Of a stretch of DNA of 64,000 nucleotides, positions 28,791-42,539 are shown one piece after another. The notes below the pieces were generated by a model. It was not told the DNA's origin, did not search any database, and was given only the letters and a program-made list of their open reading frames with translations. This DNA is from the human T2T-CHM13v2.0 reference genome, Homo sapiens. Both the position numbers and the translations under genes were made by a program. Numbering within the stretch: position 1 is the stretch's first letter; each line of letters starts with the position of its first letter. The stretch lies in NCBI RefSeq assembly GCF_009914755.1, contig NC_060926.1. One strand, 5' to 3'.

Positions 28791-29949
28791 CTGAATCTGC
28801 ATTTGATGAGATTCCCAGGTGATTGCTACACAATTAGAGTTTGAGAACACTAAGATAGTCCGTATCCCTTTTGTTAGAGGTAGTAAACTGAGGTCGAAAG
28901 AGGGCATGAGTTGCCCAAGGAATAAGATCCTATTCTGATTTGAATGTTCTATCCTTCATACTGGGAAGCTTCACAAGTACCATATTTGTATCTCAATAGG
29001 AGACTGAGACACAAAATTTGCAACCTGAGAAGTGACCCCATACTGAGTATTTGTAGAAGACTGTACCTCAGATACCTCTAAAAATCTCCCTGTACATGTC
29101 CTACCACCCTCGCATCTTACTGCATCCAGCACGCATTATTGAATGACTTCTAGGTATGAGTGGTTCCTCTCAAAGATCATTCCTTTGTGCACACTCAGGC
29201 CCAAGTTTCCTCATCACAGGACATTATTTTTGCATGTTATTCTCAACCTCCAGGAAGTTTTCTCCTGCAATCTTTTTGTAGGGAGGATCGTTTTCTGCTC
29301 ACCTTACAGGAAAGATGCAAACATTCTCTCTGCATGCTTCTGCACATGTGCAGTCTCTGTGTGTCCTGGAATTGCAGCTGCATTTCCCCACTCCACCAGC
29401 AGAGCCCTGGCTCACACTCTCGCTGTTGTTTTCCATTAGGTCGTCCCTGGGACTCTGCAATGCAGTAGATTTCCTCTGTTGCCTGAGATGGACTAGCTTC
29501 TGGCTGTCACTTTCTCACTTGACTCTCAGGCTGTCCTCTGCAGAAAGGCTCGTGGTGAAGCTATTCCATTTCTAAGCTACCTTGAAATGTGTGTAGCAAA
29601 TTGTATTATTTGGCTTAACAAAGAAAAGGAAAAAGAAGATTTCAAAAGACTATATTTTGCTTCTTGTATTCAAACTCCGCATTTGGAGCCCGTGGCTTGG
29701 GTTATACCTGAAGATGTTTATGCTCCCTTACAGGGCACGGCACTGACTCAACCTGGCTCACAGCAAATCTTTGGAATAAAAGAATAAGAATGATCTAATA
29801 TAACAAATATGAGAAATCATTCTAGATTCTCATCTTGAAAAAGTAAAATTGGTTCTTTTCTCATCCAGACTTAAGTTTGAAATGCTACAATTCATACTCA
29901 ACTAACACAAGCATTGAAAAGACACTATTTGCTTTCCCTTCATTTTAGT

Positions 29950-30080
29950 GGAAGTAGCAGAGGTTTTGAAATCAGACAGATTTGGGTTTGGATCAGAGCT
30001 CTTCTGCTTACCAACACTGTGACCTTGAACATGCTATTTAATTTCTCTGAGCCAAGATTCTGTATTCACAGTAAGGGACA
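29950..30080 (+). mobile_element. MIR
   Basis: tcagacagatttgggtttg...ctgtgaccttgaacatgctatttaatttctctgagcc. Confidence 0.7.
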
Positions 30081-31214
30081 AAGCTACTTCAAAGGGAAAC
30101 GTTAGAGCCTCCACAAAAGCTCCTGGGAAGTGGTCGGTGTCAGTAAGCAATAGTTGCTTCTGTAGCTGTAATTATTAGTGTTTGCAGCCTTCAGTGCTGG
30201 TGGTGGCAGCAACATATAAATATATCATGGGCATCCACTCAGGTAAGTGACTGAGGACTTTGGATTTGAATTGATTTTAAAACTAAATGTGTCCAAGTAT
30301 ATACATGATGGATGTGGATAATTAGTCAACAGGGAACAGTAATTAGCAAATTCCTGAACCCCAGCTCTGCTTGCAGGGATACTAAAGAGGATAATTATCT
30401 ATTGGCTCAGAAGGCCACATGGCAGCTGAGAATAATGGCCATCAGGTGACAGTATTGGCTGAGGTGGCCTCTGTGGGAGCACAAGCACATCCGTGTCTCA
30501 GCCTGGGGCAGGGCTGGAAGGGTGGGCAGAGAGGACCCAGGACAAGCCTATGGCCTGAGCAGAACCTCACTATATAAGTGGACACAAACAGAACTAAAGT
30601 TCTGAAGCAGAATCTCTGGGGTTACAACCCTGCCATCTTCTAAGCTTTTCCATGTGACTCCTTTGTACACGAACTTTTGGAATTCTCTAGTGAAAGAGAA
30701 TGCCTTCCATTCAGTATTAATCCTATTAGAAGGAAGCCTTGGTCAAAACAAATAATTTTACATAAGATCCAGCTAACAGCATGCCCTCAAAATATTTCCC
30801 TGCATCTTGCCCCTCTTTATAGATAAAACTCATTCATTTTATAGCAACATGAACAGGATTAAGGACTCTTTCTGAATCGTTCTGAGATTGCGTATCACTT
30901 TTATGATTGAATGTTATCTGTTTTTCTCTTTGGTGAAGTTCCTATAAATTCTATACAGCACATATCACATAAAATTGTTTATACCAGAAAAGTCAACAGA
31001 AGTTTATTCTCTCAACTCCACATTTTCAAGCATCACAGGATTTTCTATCAGTGAGTTACAAGTATTTACTAAGTATTTAGTACCAGTCAGGTGTCTAGGG
31101 AAGAGTAAAATCTAGCCTTTCTCCACAGATTTTACAATTTAATATAGAAAAAAAATCACAAAAATGTGAAATAATACTAGAATAATTACTATTGAAAACA
31201 AAACATAATGACAG

Positions 31215-31455
31215 AAGTAATAACAATACCCATTCACTGAGTGCCTCCTGTATATCAGGGGCCACACTAGACCTTTATATAAATTATGCCTCATCCCTAC
31301 AACAGCAATGCAAGAGAAAGACCACCTCCTTATGTTATATGAGGAGAAACTGAGGCTCAGAGATGTTGAGAAACTTGTTCAAGGTCATATGACAAATAAT
31401 GGAAGAGTGGGGATTCAATCCTTGGGTTATCAAGCTCTAAAATCACTGCTTTTTA
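31215..31455 (-). mobile_element. MIR
   Basis: gaggagaaactgaggctcagagatgttgagaaacttgttcaaggtca. Confidence 0.75.
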
Positions 31456-33098
31456 GAATTAGGAGGCCAGGAAAGAATCCTCAGTGATGGGAACATGTTG
31501 TCAGGCTATCTCTTCCATGTCAATGGAAAAATGAGGTTGAAAACATGACCAAGTGCATAAATGAGGAAAAATGAGATTAATAACATGGCCAAGTACTTAA
31601 GACTAACAAGAATTTGGGCATCTTTAACCTGTGAACCTTTGAGTCACATATGTCACCTTCATTTATTCAATGCTCCTCCACCAGAGATGGCCCTGTTCCT
31701 CACCTACCTTCCTTTTCCCTTTATCCCCCCTCCTTCCCCCTCTTTCTTTCCCTCTCTTTCTCCTTTTCTCTCTTTCTGCACCACTCAAAGGGACTCAAAA
31801 CAGAATACATTTAATTAAACTAATGATTCTTAAATATGTCTGTTTCATGGATCACTTCATCTAACAAATATGTTCTTTCTCATTCTGCTGGGCATTTTCA
31901 CAGGATATGCTCTGCCTAGAATACATCACCCACCTTTCTGGTAGGCAGACCTCATTTCAAGGTCTATGCAAATACCTTCCTTTTCCCAGTACACTGTGCC
32001 AAGTTAGTCATTTCTTCATCTGTGCTCTCACAGGTCCTGCTACTTTGCTCCATTGAAACACTAGATTGTAAACTCTCTGAGAGCAGAAACTCTTTTTGAT
32101 TTATTCTTTATCCACAACTTCTAACTCAGGACCAAGAATTAACAGGTGCTCAAAAAGTCTAGATAGATGGCAGATGGAAAGATGAGTCTAGTTTTCTCTC
32201 GGTCTTCAGAAGGCCCAACAATACAGAAACAATGTCTTCTTACTGGCACAGTTGGCACCAGTCAGTGGTCTCCAGGATGGAGGAGACGAACAGAGGTGAT
32301 GTGACTGTGGAATAACCTCAGTTCAAAACTCCAAAGAAACATGAGGGACCACTGATGTGGTCATGTTTAACTAAAAAATTTCATGGATCGTGAATGTGGC
32401 AGGAACCACTTTTGCCATCAGAAAATAGACATCCTACAGGCTTCCTGGATAAATTCATCAGGAAGCACCAGCATGCTTTCAGACACCCCCACCTTTTCCT
32501 ATTACCTCAGTGTGAGAGCTCCTAGGATCTCTGTTTGACATTCTCTACCCCTTCCTCCCCTTCACACACATACTCCCACTATGCGCTGCCTCTTCCATTC
32601 TCAGGAATCATTTTTCTTCCATTCTCAGGAATCATTCTTATGTTTTCTCCCCTTTAATAAAAGCTGCTCTCAGGATGGGATATTATATCAATTATTAGTT
32701 ACTTAGCATAGATTGGAATAACTGATTCCTGTGTTATTTCTATCAGTCTCAGGACTGAGTTTACATTATTCAATAACAACATAGCATGGAGTAACTTAGA
32801 ATAAATCTCTGTGGATTTTCCGTCTAATCCTGGGAAGCAGGGCTTTGTGCCCTAGGAAGAGATCTGAGCTGGGAAAGGGAAAGATGATGGGGACACTCAC
32901 TTCTTGGAATACCCCAAAGTGACTGAAGTGGGCAGTCACCGAGTCCAATATTATCGTTCTCATTGTTATCACTGAGTACCATGTCCCAGCTGCTATGCTA
33001 GGCACTCCAATAAGCAAAGTCCATTATCCTCTCAACAACCCCGTAAGGCAACTCACCCTGCTCATCCTTTTTGTCTCAATTTTAGAACTTTTTGATTG

Positions 33099-33192
33099 CC
33101 CCAAAATCAAGATTTTTGATTTCGAACATGCCCCAAATCAAGATATTTTGATCTCCCAAACATTCCCCCAAATCAAGATGTTTTCATTTTCC
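33099..33192. repeat. Degenerate ~32-bp minisatellite, ~3 copies
   Basis: ccccaaa(a)tcaagat.ttttgat.. at 33099, 33131 and ~33166. Confidence 0.85.
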
Positions 33193-33617
33193 TGTATTAG
33201 GCTGTTCTTTTGTTGCTGTAAAGAAATACCTGAAACTGAGTAATTTATAAAGAAAAGAGGTTTAATTGGCTCACGGTTCTGCAGGCTGTATAAGCATGGC
33301 ACTGGCATCTGCTCAGCTTCTGGAGAGGCCTCAAGGAGCTTTTACTCATGGCAGAAGGCAAAGTAGAAGCAGGCACTCACGCGGAGAGAAGAGGAGCAAC
33401 AGAGAATGTGACAGGGGAGGTGCCACCCACTTTTAAATGTCCAGGTGTCATGAGAACTCACTGACTATCATGAGTACAGCACTAAGGCATAGATGAGGGA
33501 TCCACCCCCATGATCCAATCAGCTCCCACTAGTCCCCACCTCTAATATTTCCAATATATTGGAGATTATAATATTTCAACATAAGATTTGACCAAGGACA
33601 AATATTTAACTATATCA
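33193..33617 (-). mobile_element. MST (MSTA-like) MaLR solo LTR
   Basis: tgtattaggc...taatttataaagaaaagaggtttaattggctcacggttctgcaggctgt...ccaccccatgatccaatca...actatatca. Confidence 0.9.
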
Positions 33618-36600
33618 TCCCCCATAGCCTTCATCAACATTTTAATTATTTGCATAATTATCTATAAAATGCTGTCTTCTTCAGTACACCTCAAGTCCAT
33701 AGAGATAGTAACCATATATTGTTATTTTTATCCTTGGCTGCATTCCTAATAATTAGAATAATGTCTGTATCATAATAGGTATTCAGTAAATATCTGTTGA
33801 CTTGTGAATGATTGAAGTGAGTGAATATTATGTAACTATTACTAAATCCCCTTTACAAATGAGAAAACTGAGGGTTGGCGTTTGCACTCAGCTCAAGATC
33901 AAGATGAAGTTTTGATGGCTTGAGAGCAGCTGAGCCAGTTCACCCAGGTGAGCCTGACTGAGAAGCTCACGCACTTCCTACCACATCACCCTGTGCTGCT
34001 CTCAGCTTCACAGGTACGAACACACTTGTGAATGGAGTATCAGGCATTTATTTGCCTTCTTTCTCCAAATTCTTCCACATGAAGAGCTAGATAAATGTCT
34101 TTTGATTTCTGCATTAGAATCTTACTTATAGGTTTGGCTGGGCCTGCTACCATTATCAGATCAAGAGACCTTATGAAAAGTAACCCAGTTAATTATTAGA
34201 TCATTTACTCTGTTGTTTTTCTGTTGAAGACAAGAAGTCATAACTGAATTTTAAAATAAAAAGTGATCAAGAGAATACTTGTATAAAGTATATAAAGGAA
34301 GTCCCATAGAAGCAGGAAACCATTTTGTATCTTGAAGATGAAGCATTGCACACATAAGTAGTCAGTACAGGAAGAATTCTGGAGAGCTCAGAAAACACTG
34401 ATGCTTTACACAGGCTGTGGGGTTGAGCGGCGAGAGCCTGCAACTGGGAATCAGATGAAGGAGTCTGAGCTCCACATCCTCTCTGTCATACGATAAAATC
34501 CACGGAACAAAGTTGTTCTGAGAAATAAGTGATATGTTATATTTGGAAAATATTTGTAAAATCCTTTATAAATACTAAAAGCTGAAGGCTGACAAAATAA
34601 AGGCTTGGAAATGATCATAATATTGGGGATATATTGATGAATGTGACAGGCATGGACACTGACCTCAGAGACTACTTAGCCCAACAGGCAGCTACCACTG
34701 GACTGACTAATAGTAGCTTTGGACTACCAACCTCATAAGAAGTCCATAAAAAGTTAAAGAGAACCAGGGATTAAAAAAAATTCTGATATTTGAGTACCTG
34801 AGACCAGTGAAGTCACACATTTTTATCTAAGAAGCATTTCAGGTTTGATTGCTGCAGACTTTGCCTGCTCTAGAAAATAATCCTCACAGACCCTGTAAAC
34901 CTCATTATCAGCTGAGACAGCCACATCTAAAGCCACTGGCACCATTTGCAGCACAAACTTAGTTTAAGCAATTTATAGGCATAAGAGATTGTCTAATTTG
35001 CACATAACTGATGGCAGGAAAATGAAAGATGAGTTCATAATAATTCAGCTGACTCTGCAGTATAGCTCAGTGGCTTTTTTTATTTCCTTCAAAATTCGAA
35101 GGGATAGAAATACAAGCACAATGATTTCACTGCCTGTGGGCCTAGCTCTTTGTCCTGTGCTCAAAGCCCTACACAATTTGCCTCCAATCTCACATTCCAG
35201 CTTTGCCTGAAGCAAGACCACTGATGGAATTACCTATACAGGGTACTGCAAGCATACCTTGTGCCTCTGTCCCTGATGATGTTTGTTTTACTAGAGAATT
35301 TATTATTTTAGTCATAAATGAACCCCTCTCTGGTGCTGGGTACTGGGGACATGTTGACAAATGTGACAGACACGGACCCTGACCTCAGAGACTACTGAGC
35401 CCTACAGGAAGCTACTATGAACATATGTTAAGTGTGTCTCTCCCCAGTTTCCATCAATTGATATCCTATTTCTGCTTTCCATATGTTACCTATTCGTTGA
35501 AGTTTGTTTTAAGTTCTTCAGCTGGGTGCAACCTCTCCTTCTTGCTTTGTCCCTCCCCTGATATTTCAAAGCTGTCATCCATAAAGCACTATGTGGCAGT
35601 TGCTGGGTTAAATGTTGTGGACAGGCTATGTGGTTTAATTTTCAAAACAACACTATTATAAAGTAGACAGTGTCATTAAACCCAGTCTTACAGATGATGA
35701 AACTGTAGCTTAGAGAGACACAGTGTGCCCAAGGTCACTCAGATCTAAGTGATGAGACCAGGCTGCAGTCTGACCCCAGCACCTGGGACTTCATCATTAC
35801 TGTTTTCTGCCTCCATAGTTTATCATAGTTATTTTCCTTATATCCTTCTACCCTCTCCACCCTAGGCTGAGGGTTTCCTGAAAGCAGGGCTTATGTCTTA
35901 CTCACCTCTCATTTCACCCTGCCTATTACACCCCACCTCCCTGCTAATGTGTCCCAATGAGACTAGACACCGAGTCAATATTTGCGGGTTTAATTGAATT
36001 CTATGGGTACCCAATTTAAATTCTGTGATCTACCCTTGGACCATCTAGATATGACCTTTTGAGTTCTGATAACACATCAGCTCACTTTCTACTTCAATAT
36101 TTTTGTGGTTTCATTTGCATCAACTCCTTGGTGTTTTTGTCTCCAGATATTTTATCATGCTAGAAAGCTAGCTGGGTTTGCTTTTATTCATGCAGCTGCC
36201 GTTATAGGAAGTGGGGAGGGAATTTGATTTGTCTAGAAGGCTGAAAAGCATTTCTGAGGATAGATGGGCCTACTAAGAAAGCTGCTGGGTTTGCCAGGAG
36301 GGCACAACTCAGAAAATGCTTTGAGCAGAGATTCCTGCAGACTCATCCCTTCCAGTGACAGGCCCACCCAGGATGGCTGCCTCTGTCACCACATCAGAAG
36401 GCCCAAGCTGCAGGACCCAACCTGGAAATACAAAAACTCTTTCCTCTTACCAATTTGCAGAATAAATGCTTTGCAGAAATTACTAGGAGTTGTAAGTCTA
36501 AATGCAGGATAGTAACGTGAACATGATTTTATATAACTTCTGATCTCTAGTCAAGGCCTTTGTAGAGACAAAAGAGGTGTAGCTCCTAATAGCTAGATAG

Positions 36601-36989
36601 TCCATACAGACTTCAGCAAAGTATTTCCCATGGAGAAAAATTGGCACAAGTGCTGGTGGTCTCTGTGATATCACTGCTCTTAGAATTTAAACAGGATAAT
36701 GTAAAAGACAGCCTTTTATCCACAAATTTGGTGAAAATATGGTTTATGAATCACCGGAATGAAATTTTTAAAGATACGAAAATTATTTGGTCATTGGCAA
36801 TACAAATAGGTCGGCATAATAACATGGATATGATCTGAAACCACATCATCTGTACTGTTACAGTCATCAAGACCAAAGGAAAGAGCAATGAAGTTGGGGC
36901 ATCACCTTCCAGTTTCCCAGTATCAAACCTATATTGAATTTCTTCTGGAAAGAGGTATGCTCTCAAAAACTACACAAGATCTGTCAGAG

Positions 36990-37250
36990 AAACAAATGTG
37001 AACTGGTTAATACAGGGCAGTGTGATGGAAGTTCTAATATAGATTAAATGTCTAATATCAAGAAAATAAATTTTCTTGATACAATAGAATATTGCACAAC
37101 ATTGAAATGAATTAACTACTGCTAAACATGACAACATTAAGAAATAGGCAAAATGCTGAGTGAACAAAGTGATAAAGCAAAAGAGTACATACTGAATGAT
37201 TCCATTTATATGAAGTTCAAGAAGAGGCAAAACTACTTTAAGCAGAGGGA
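36990..37250 (+). mobile_element. Old L1M 3' fragment
   Basis: aatgctgagtgaa...aagagtacatactgaatgattccatttatatgaagttcaagaagaggcaaaacta. Confidence 0.7.
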
Positions 37251-37581
37251 AGATGAAGAAATAATGTGCCCAGTAAAAGGAATTTTGGAGCATTAGGTTT
37301 GCCATGTAACTATGACCTCATATGTCAATGTTTTGCACATGTTGCTCCCTGCCTGGAATGTTGCTCCCTCTCTTGTAGGTACCTGTCCATCCTTTAGGAC
37401 TTAGCTCTGTGAAGACAGTCATAAACTCTCCCTTACCCTCTACAGAGTATCTCAGGTAAATGGTTACCAGAAACTAGTAACAATTTTTCTCTGGACAAAA
37501 AGACTGGATGTCTGAACAAAATGGGTAGTAGAGAAGCTTACTGTCACTGGATACTCTTCGATTGCATAGTTTTCCATCTAA

Positions 37582-37885
<304 letters not shown>

Positions 37886-38211
37886 TAAAATAGAATTTAA
37901 GGAAAAAATAAAATAAAAGAAATAGTGGCAAAAGTTAAGTGCCAATTCTACTAGTTTACCAAAAGTTAGGAATAAAGGAGCCAATGCTTTCTAAGCCCCA
38001 GGAAGCTTCCTTCCTCTTGCCTACCTCAACCAGAAGGGTAGTTCTGCTTTCTCAAGAAGGCATTTAGTGAAGCTAAGTTAAGCTGGGGGACAGCAAGTAA
38101 AGATGGAGTTCTTTTTTAAAAACTCAATTTTTTACTAGTCATAGTAAGGATCTAATTTAAAGTCCTTCTATGAGAGCAGAGCTTACAAAATATAAAATCC
38201 ACAAAGAAGAG

Positions 38212-38292
38212 AATTCACTCACAACTCAGGTTAAAATAATTCACTCACTACCCAGGTTAAAATAATTCACTCACTACCCAGGTTAAAATAAT
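38212..38292. repeat. 26-bp tandem repeat x3
   Basis: aattcactcac(a/t)ac(t/c)caggttaaaat at 38212, 38238 and 38264. Confidence 0.95.
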
Positions 38293-39599
38293 AGTCAGTC
38301 AGATTTCCCTAGGCTTAATCTCTTTTCCTCACACTCTGGTTCCTCACGCCTACATTGTGTAATAAGACATCCCTCCATGGTGAGATACGGAGAATTGCTA
38401 TAAAATGACATCCTTTTCTCCTTGAAATCAAAGGGTCTGACTTAGAGGAGCTTGGGATATTTTTCTGAACTGGGATCCGCAATTTATTATGGGTAGCATG
38501 AATTTAATGTTACCATAAACTGCAAACCACAGCTAAGATATTATCTTCTAGAATCCCTGAAATCTTCCATTTTAGTCTTAGATTGCTCTGAGAACAAAAT
38601 ACACATTTTTCCCATACACACTTGAGATAGATATTTATTTCAAATCTACTAGTGCAGGATATAAAAGCCATGCTTCCACCCAGTTTCATTAAATTCATGT
38701 TCTTATAAATTACAAACAGGAGGAAAATGCAACAAAAAGATGAGTGTCACATCTCACATTAAAAGGTTGTGGTTCCAGCCACACCTCTGTCATTTTGTAG
38801 CATATATTGACCAAGTCACTATATCACTTTAAATCTTAATTTCCTCATAAGATTGGGTTAACAACATTGAAGAATAGGATCTCCATCCTCATATAGGAGC
38901 CATTCCCACATGGAATCCTTTCACTGAGGGACATGGACATACGATGCTGTCTTCACCTCCAGAAGTCTACAGAAAGCACAGATTGCATTGCCATCTTTAT
39001 TAAACTGGGGCAAAGAAATTATAATACCACGTGACACATAAAGAAAATGCCATGGGCTGTACCCTCACTATTGGTGGTTGTCTCTGCAATTGATGTGCTC
39101 CTGGGTTCCCACCACAAAAGCTCTATCAACAGCTCACTATGCTCCAAGTGGAAACTACTTTGTAAACAAGATGATGTATGAAATCACCATTGCTTAGTGG
39201 AAATAGATACCTATGCAAGCTTGTGATAATACCTGTCTTGGAAGATACAAATGCAACCTACAGTTTTAATAGAGGGCCTGACTTTCTAGAGAGATTATGT
39301 TTCAGAATCAGTATTCATGCATTTCAGTTGCCATGGACACAGGCAGCTGTGTGGGTATGAAGTCAGTTTTTAAGGTAAGCAAAGGAGACCCATGATTAAA
39401 GCAGATCTCAGCTTGTCTAATGAGTAGTAACAGATCCTAAATCGGATATTCCAACTGCTTAAGGGAACTGTCAATGTAATGTATTTGCTTTCGATAATAT
39501 TCCTTAAGTCACATTTATTGCATGAATTAATGAATGGAAAGTTCATTTTATATGTCTTCTTTATACAATAATTTCCACAATCAAGCTAATTAACATATT

Positions 39600-39975
39600 T
39601 ATTTCTTTCATTATTTATTCTTCAATAAATAGTGGTATTTATTGAGGGTCTGTGTGTGACAGGCATTAGACCAACACGCAGGGATGCAAAAATGAATAAA
39701 ACATGGTTTCTTCCCTCAAGGATCTCACTCTTCAGTGGAGAAGGAAAATATTAATTATAGTAAGTTTTAAAATAGAGAAGTTTTATAGATGACAAAAAAC
39801 ATCATTCCGGGGAGGAGAGGAGAGTAACGCGGAAGGCTACGCAGAGTGGAGTGAAAATGAAGTTGAATCCTAAAGGATAAGTGGGCTTGGCTCCAAAATA
39901 TTGGAAGATGAAGAGCATTCCCAAGAAAGGGAGGAGTTGTCGAAAGCACAGAGTCATGCAAGAGCAGGAACATTA
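39600..39975 (-). mobile_element. L2
   Basis: tatttattgagggtc..tgtgacaggca...aatgaataaaacatggtttcttccctcaagga. Confidence 0.65.
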
Positions 39976-40859
39976 GTAAACTCAAGGGATATTTCTAATT
40001 CAGACAAAAAAAAAATTCTAATATCCCTCAGGCACCAGCCAGTAATGCCTCCAGTGTCTGGCAATCTTAGTCACAGGAACATGGCCACAGATCTGCAAAC
40101 AGCTCCTCAGCAGGGGGCAAACTATGATAAAGTCTGTGATATTTTTGGGGAACAGTGACACCATATTCAGAGCAAAAACTTAGTAATGCTTCATGTGACA
40201 TCAAGTTTAATCATTTAACAAGCAAAGTTTGTAATAGTCTTTTGAGGACCCACACAAGAAGAAATATTAGCTGGAAATGAGGAAAATAACCAGAAACATA
40301 CAGAAGTCTAGTAGTTACCTTAATAGCTCCTCACACTCAAAAACTGCACATCCAGCTACCAGAGCACTCACATGTGACATGAAAGTATAATAATTACTTA
40401 CAATGATTCCTCTAGGCAAGGAAACTAGTCAAGATTCCTAGTTTCTATTAGTTCTTAGTTTCCTACTGTTTGTTAAAGTAAGGTAATGTTTAATGACTCT
40501 AGAAAGTTTCTCACCAAAACCACTTAAATATCAAAAAGTCTTGCTTACTCAAGGTGTTAGTTATATATTAGTTTTAGAGTTCTGTTCATGGAATTATCTA
40601 TTTCTGAAAGGATTGACTGAAAAAATAAGGTATTAGTACACTTTCACTTATCTGATAAATGAAGCAAATGGCTTTCTTATGATTTTTGCAATTGATTAAC
40701 AAGATCTTCAAGTTAATCAGAAGACAATTTATATAGTTGAAATACATATTTTATTCAGATATAAAAGAGTAGAAACATTATTCCAACAGACTACAAATTG
40801 AAAATCAAATGAAGGTATTAAGTAGAATTACAAAAGAGATGAAACTCCTCCAAAACACA

Positions 40860-41830
40860 GATACTTTTCCAAGGAAGACATAAAAATGGCCAAAAGACAT
40901 AGGAAAAGGCACTCAACATCACTAGTCATCAGAGAAATGAAAATAAAAACCACAGTCAAATATCACCTCACACCTGTGAAGATGGTCAGGATCAAAACTT
41001 CAAAAGATCATGAATGCTGCTGAAAGCGTAAAGGAAAAGGGAACCCCTGTACACTGTCGGTAGGAATGAAAATTGGTATAGCCATTGTGGTAAACAGTTT
41101 GAAATTTCCTCAAAAAATTTAAAAGTAGAACTGCTATATGACCCAGCAAACAACTTCTGGGTATATATCCAAAAGAAATAAAATCAATATCTCCAAGAAA
41201 TATATGCAGTCCCATGTTAATTGCAACATTATTCACAATAACAAAAACATGATAACAAACAAAACATCCATTTACAGATGAGCAGATGAAGAAATCATAC
41301 CATGTATACATAATGGAATATTATTCAGCCTTTTTTTAAAAAAGGAAATTCTGTCGTGACAACATGGATGAAACTGGAGGAGGTTATATTAAGTGAAATA
41401 AGCCAGGCACAGAAAGACAAATATTTTATGATATCATTTATATGTGGAATCTTCAAAGATCAAACTTCGAGAAACACAGTACAATGGTGATTGGCAGGGA
41501 ATGGAGGAAGTGATGGAAATGGGTTGAAATACTACATCTATAACCTTCAGCTGTAAGATGAATAAATTGTAAAGATCTAAAGTACAGCATGGCAACTACA
41601 GTTAATGGCAATGTATTGTTTACTTGAAATTTGCTAAGAGAGTAGGTCTTAAGTATTCTCACTACACACACACACACACACAATAGTAACTATGTGAAAT
41701 AATGATATGTTAATTAGCTTGATTGTAGAATCATTGCACAAGGAATATTTATATCAAAACACCATATTGTACATGTTAAATATATATATTTCTATTTGTC
41801 TATCATATCTGAATAAAGCTGGGGAAAAAA
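40860..41830 (+). mobile_element. L1MA-type 3' end
   Basis: ORF2 end (gaagacataaaaatggcc, cacctcacacctgt) plus MA-type 3'UTR (gtacagcatggcaactacagttaat...ttgaaatttgctaagagagtag). Confidence 0.85.
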
Positions 41831-42539
41831 ACAGAAAAATAAAAGTGAAATACTGTTAAGGACAGGAGGCTGAAGGACAAGCTAATGGAAGGTTTTGATT
41901 GTCCTTACACATTTCTGCAGATACAGAAAAGCACAAACATATGCAATATTAATCACACATACAACAAATCCATCACAGCTAGTAGATGGTTTATCCCCAA
42001 AGAAAAACAGAACTGCATCTCAACCCTACTTCCTGTTAAATTTTAACACATCTGAGAGATTGCCTTACTCTGAATCCCTGTTTAATCTTTAGAAATTGAT
42101 TTATCTATCAGAACCCAACTTACCTTTGAAATTTAAATCAAGCAACTCTGTATAAATGCATAAGCTTTATTCCATAAATCTGTTTTCCCTAACAAGAATT
42201 TTTAGAAGGCCTATTGCCGTTTGTGTTCTTCCAGTTTTATAGGGTTTTTGTGATATTAGAAATCACATATGTTAAGTGCTAGCACATGTAAGTGATAACT
42301 AAGTAGTGATTATTGTTGTTATTTTAAGAGTTTAAAGCTCCAGAAAATAATTTCCATCTTAAATTTTGTTTCTACAGTAGGAGATCATTAGGAAACGTTT
42401 TGATTTAAAAATAGGTACATAGCTATTCTTCAGTTAAAACCTGACTCATTCCTTAAGTTAGAAATAATGCCTTCAAAGATTTTTGGTTTCTGCAATGACA
42501 AGACTTCTGCTCAGAAGATTTACTGTAATATTGAATCTT

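Noticed and set aside
33099-33192. CRISPR-like look of palindromic ~32-bp repeats (and 38212-38292)
   Set aside because: Head-to-tail units with no unique spacers, no cas genes, and a primate context.
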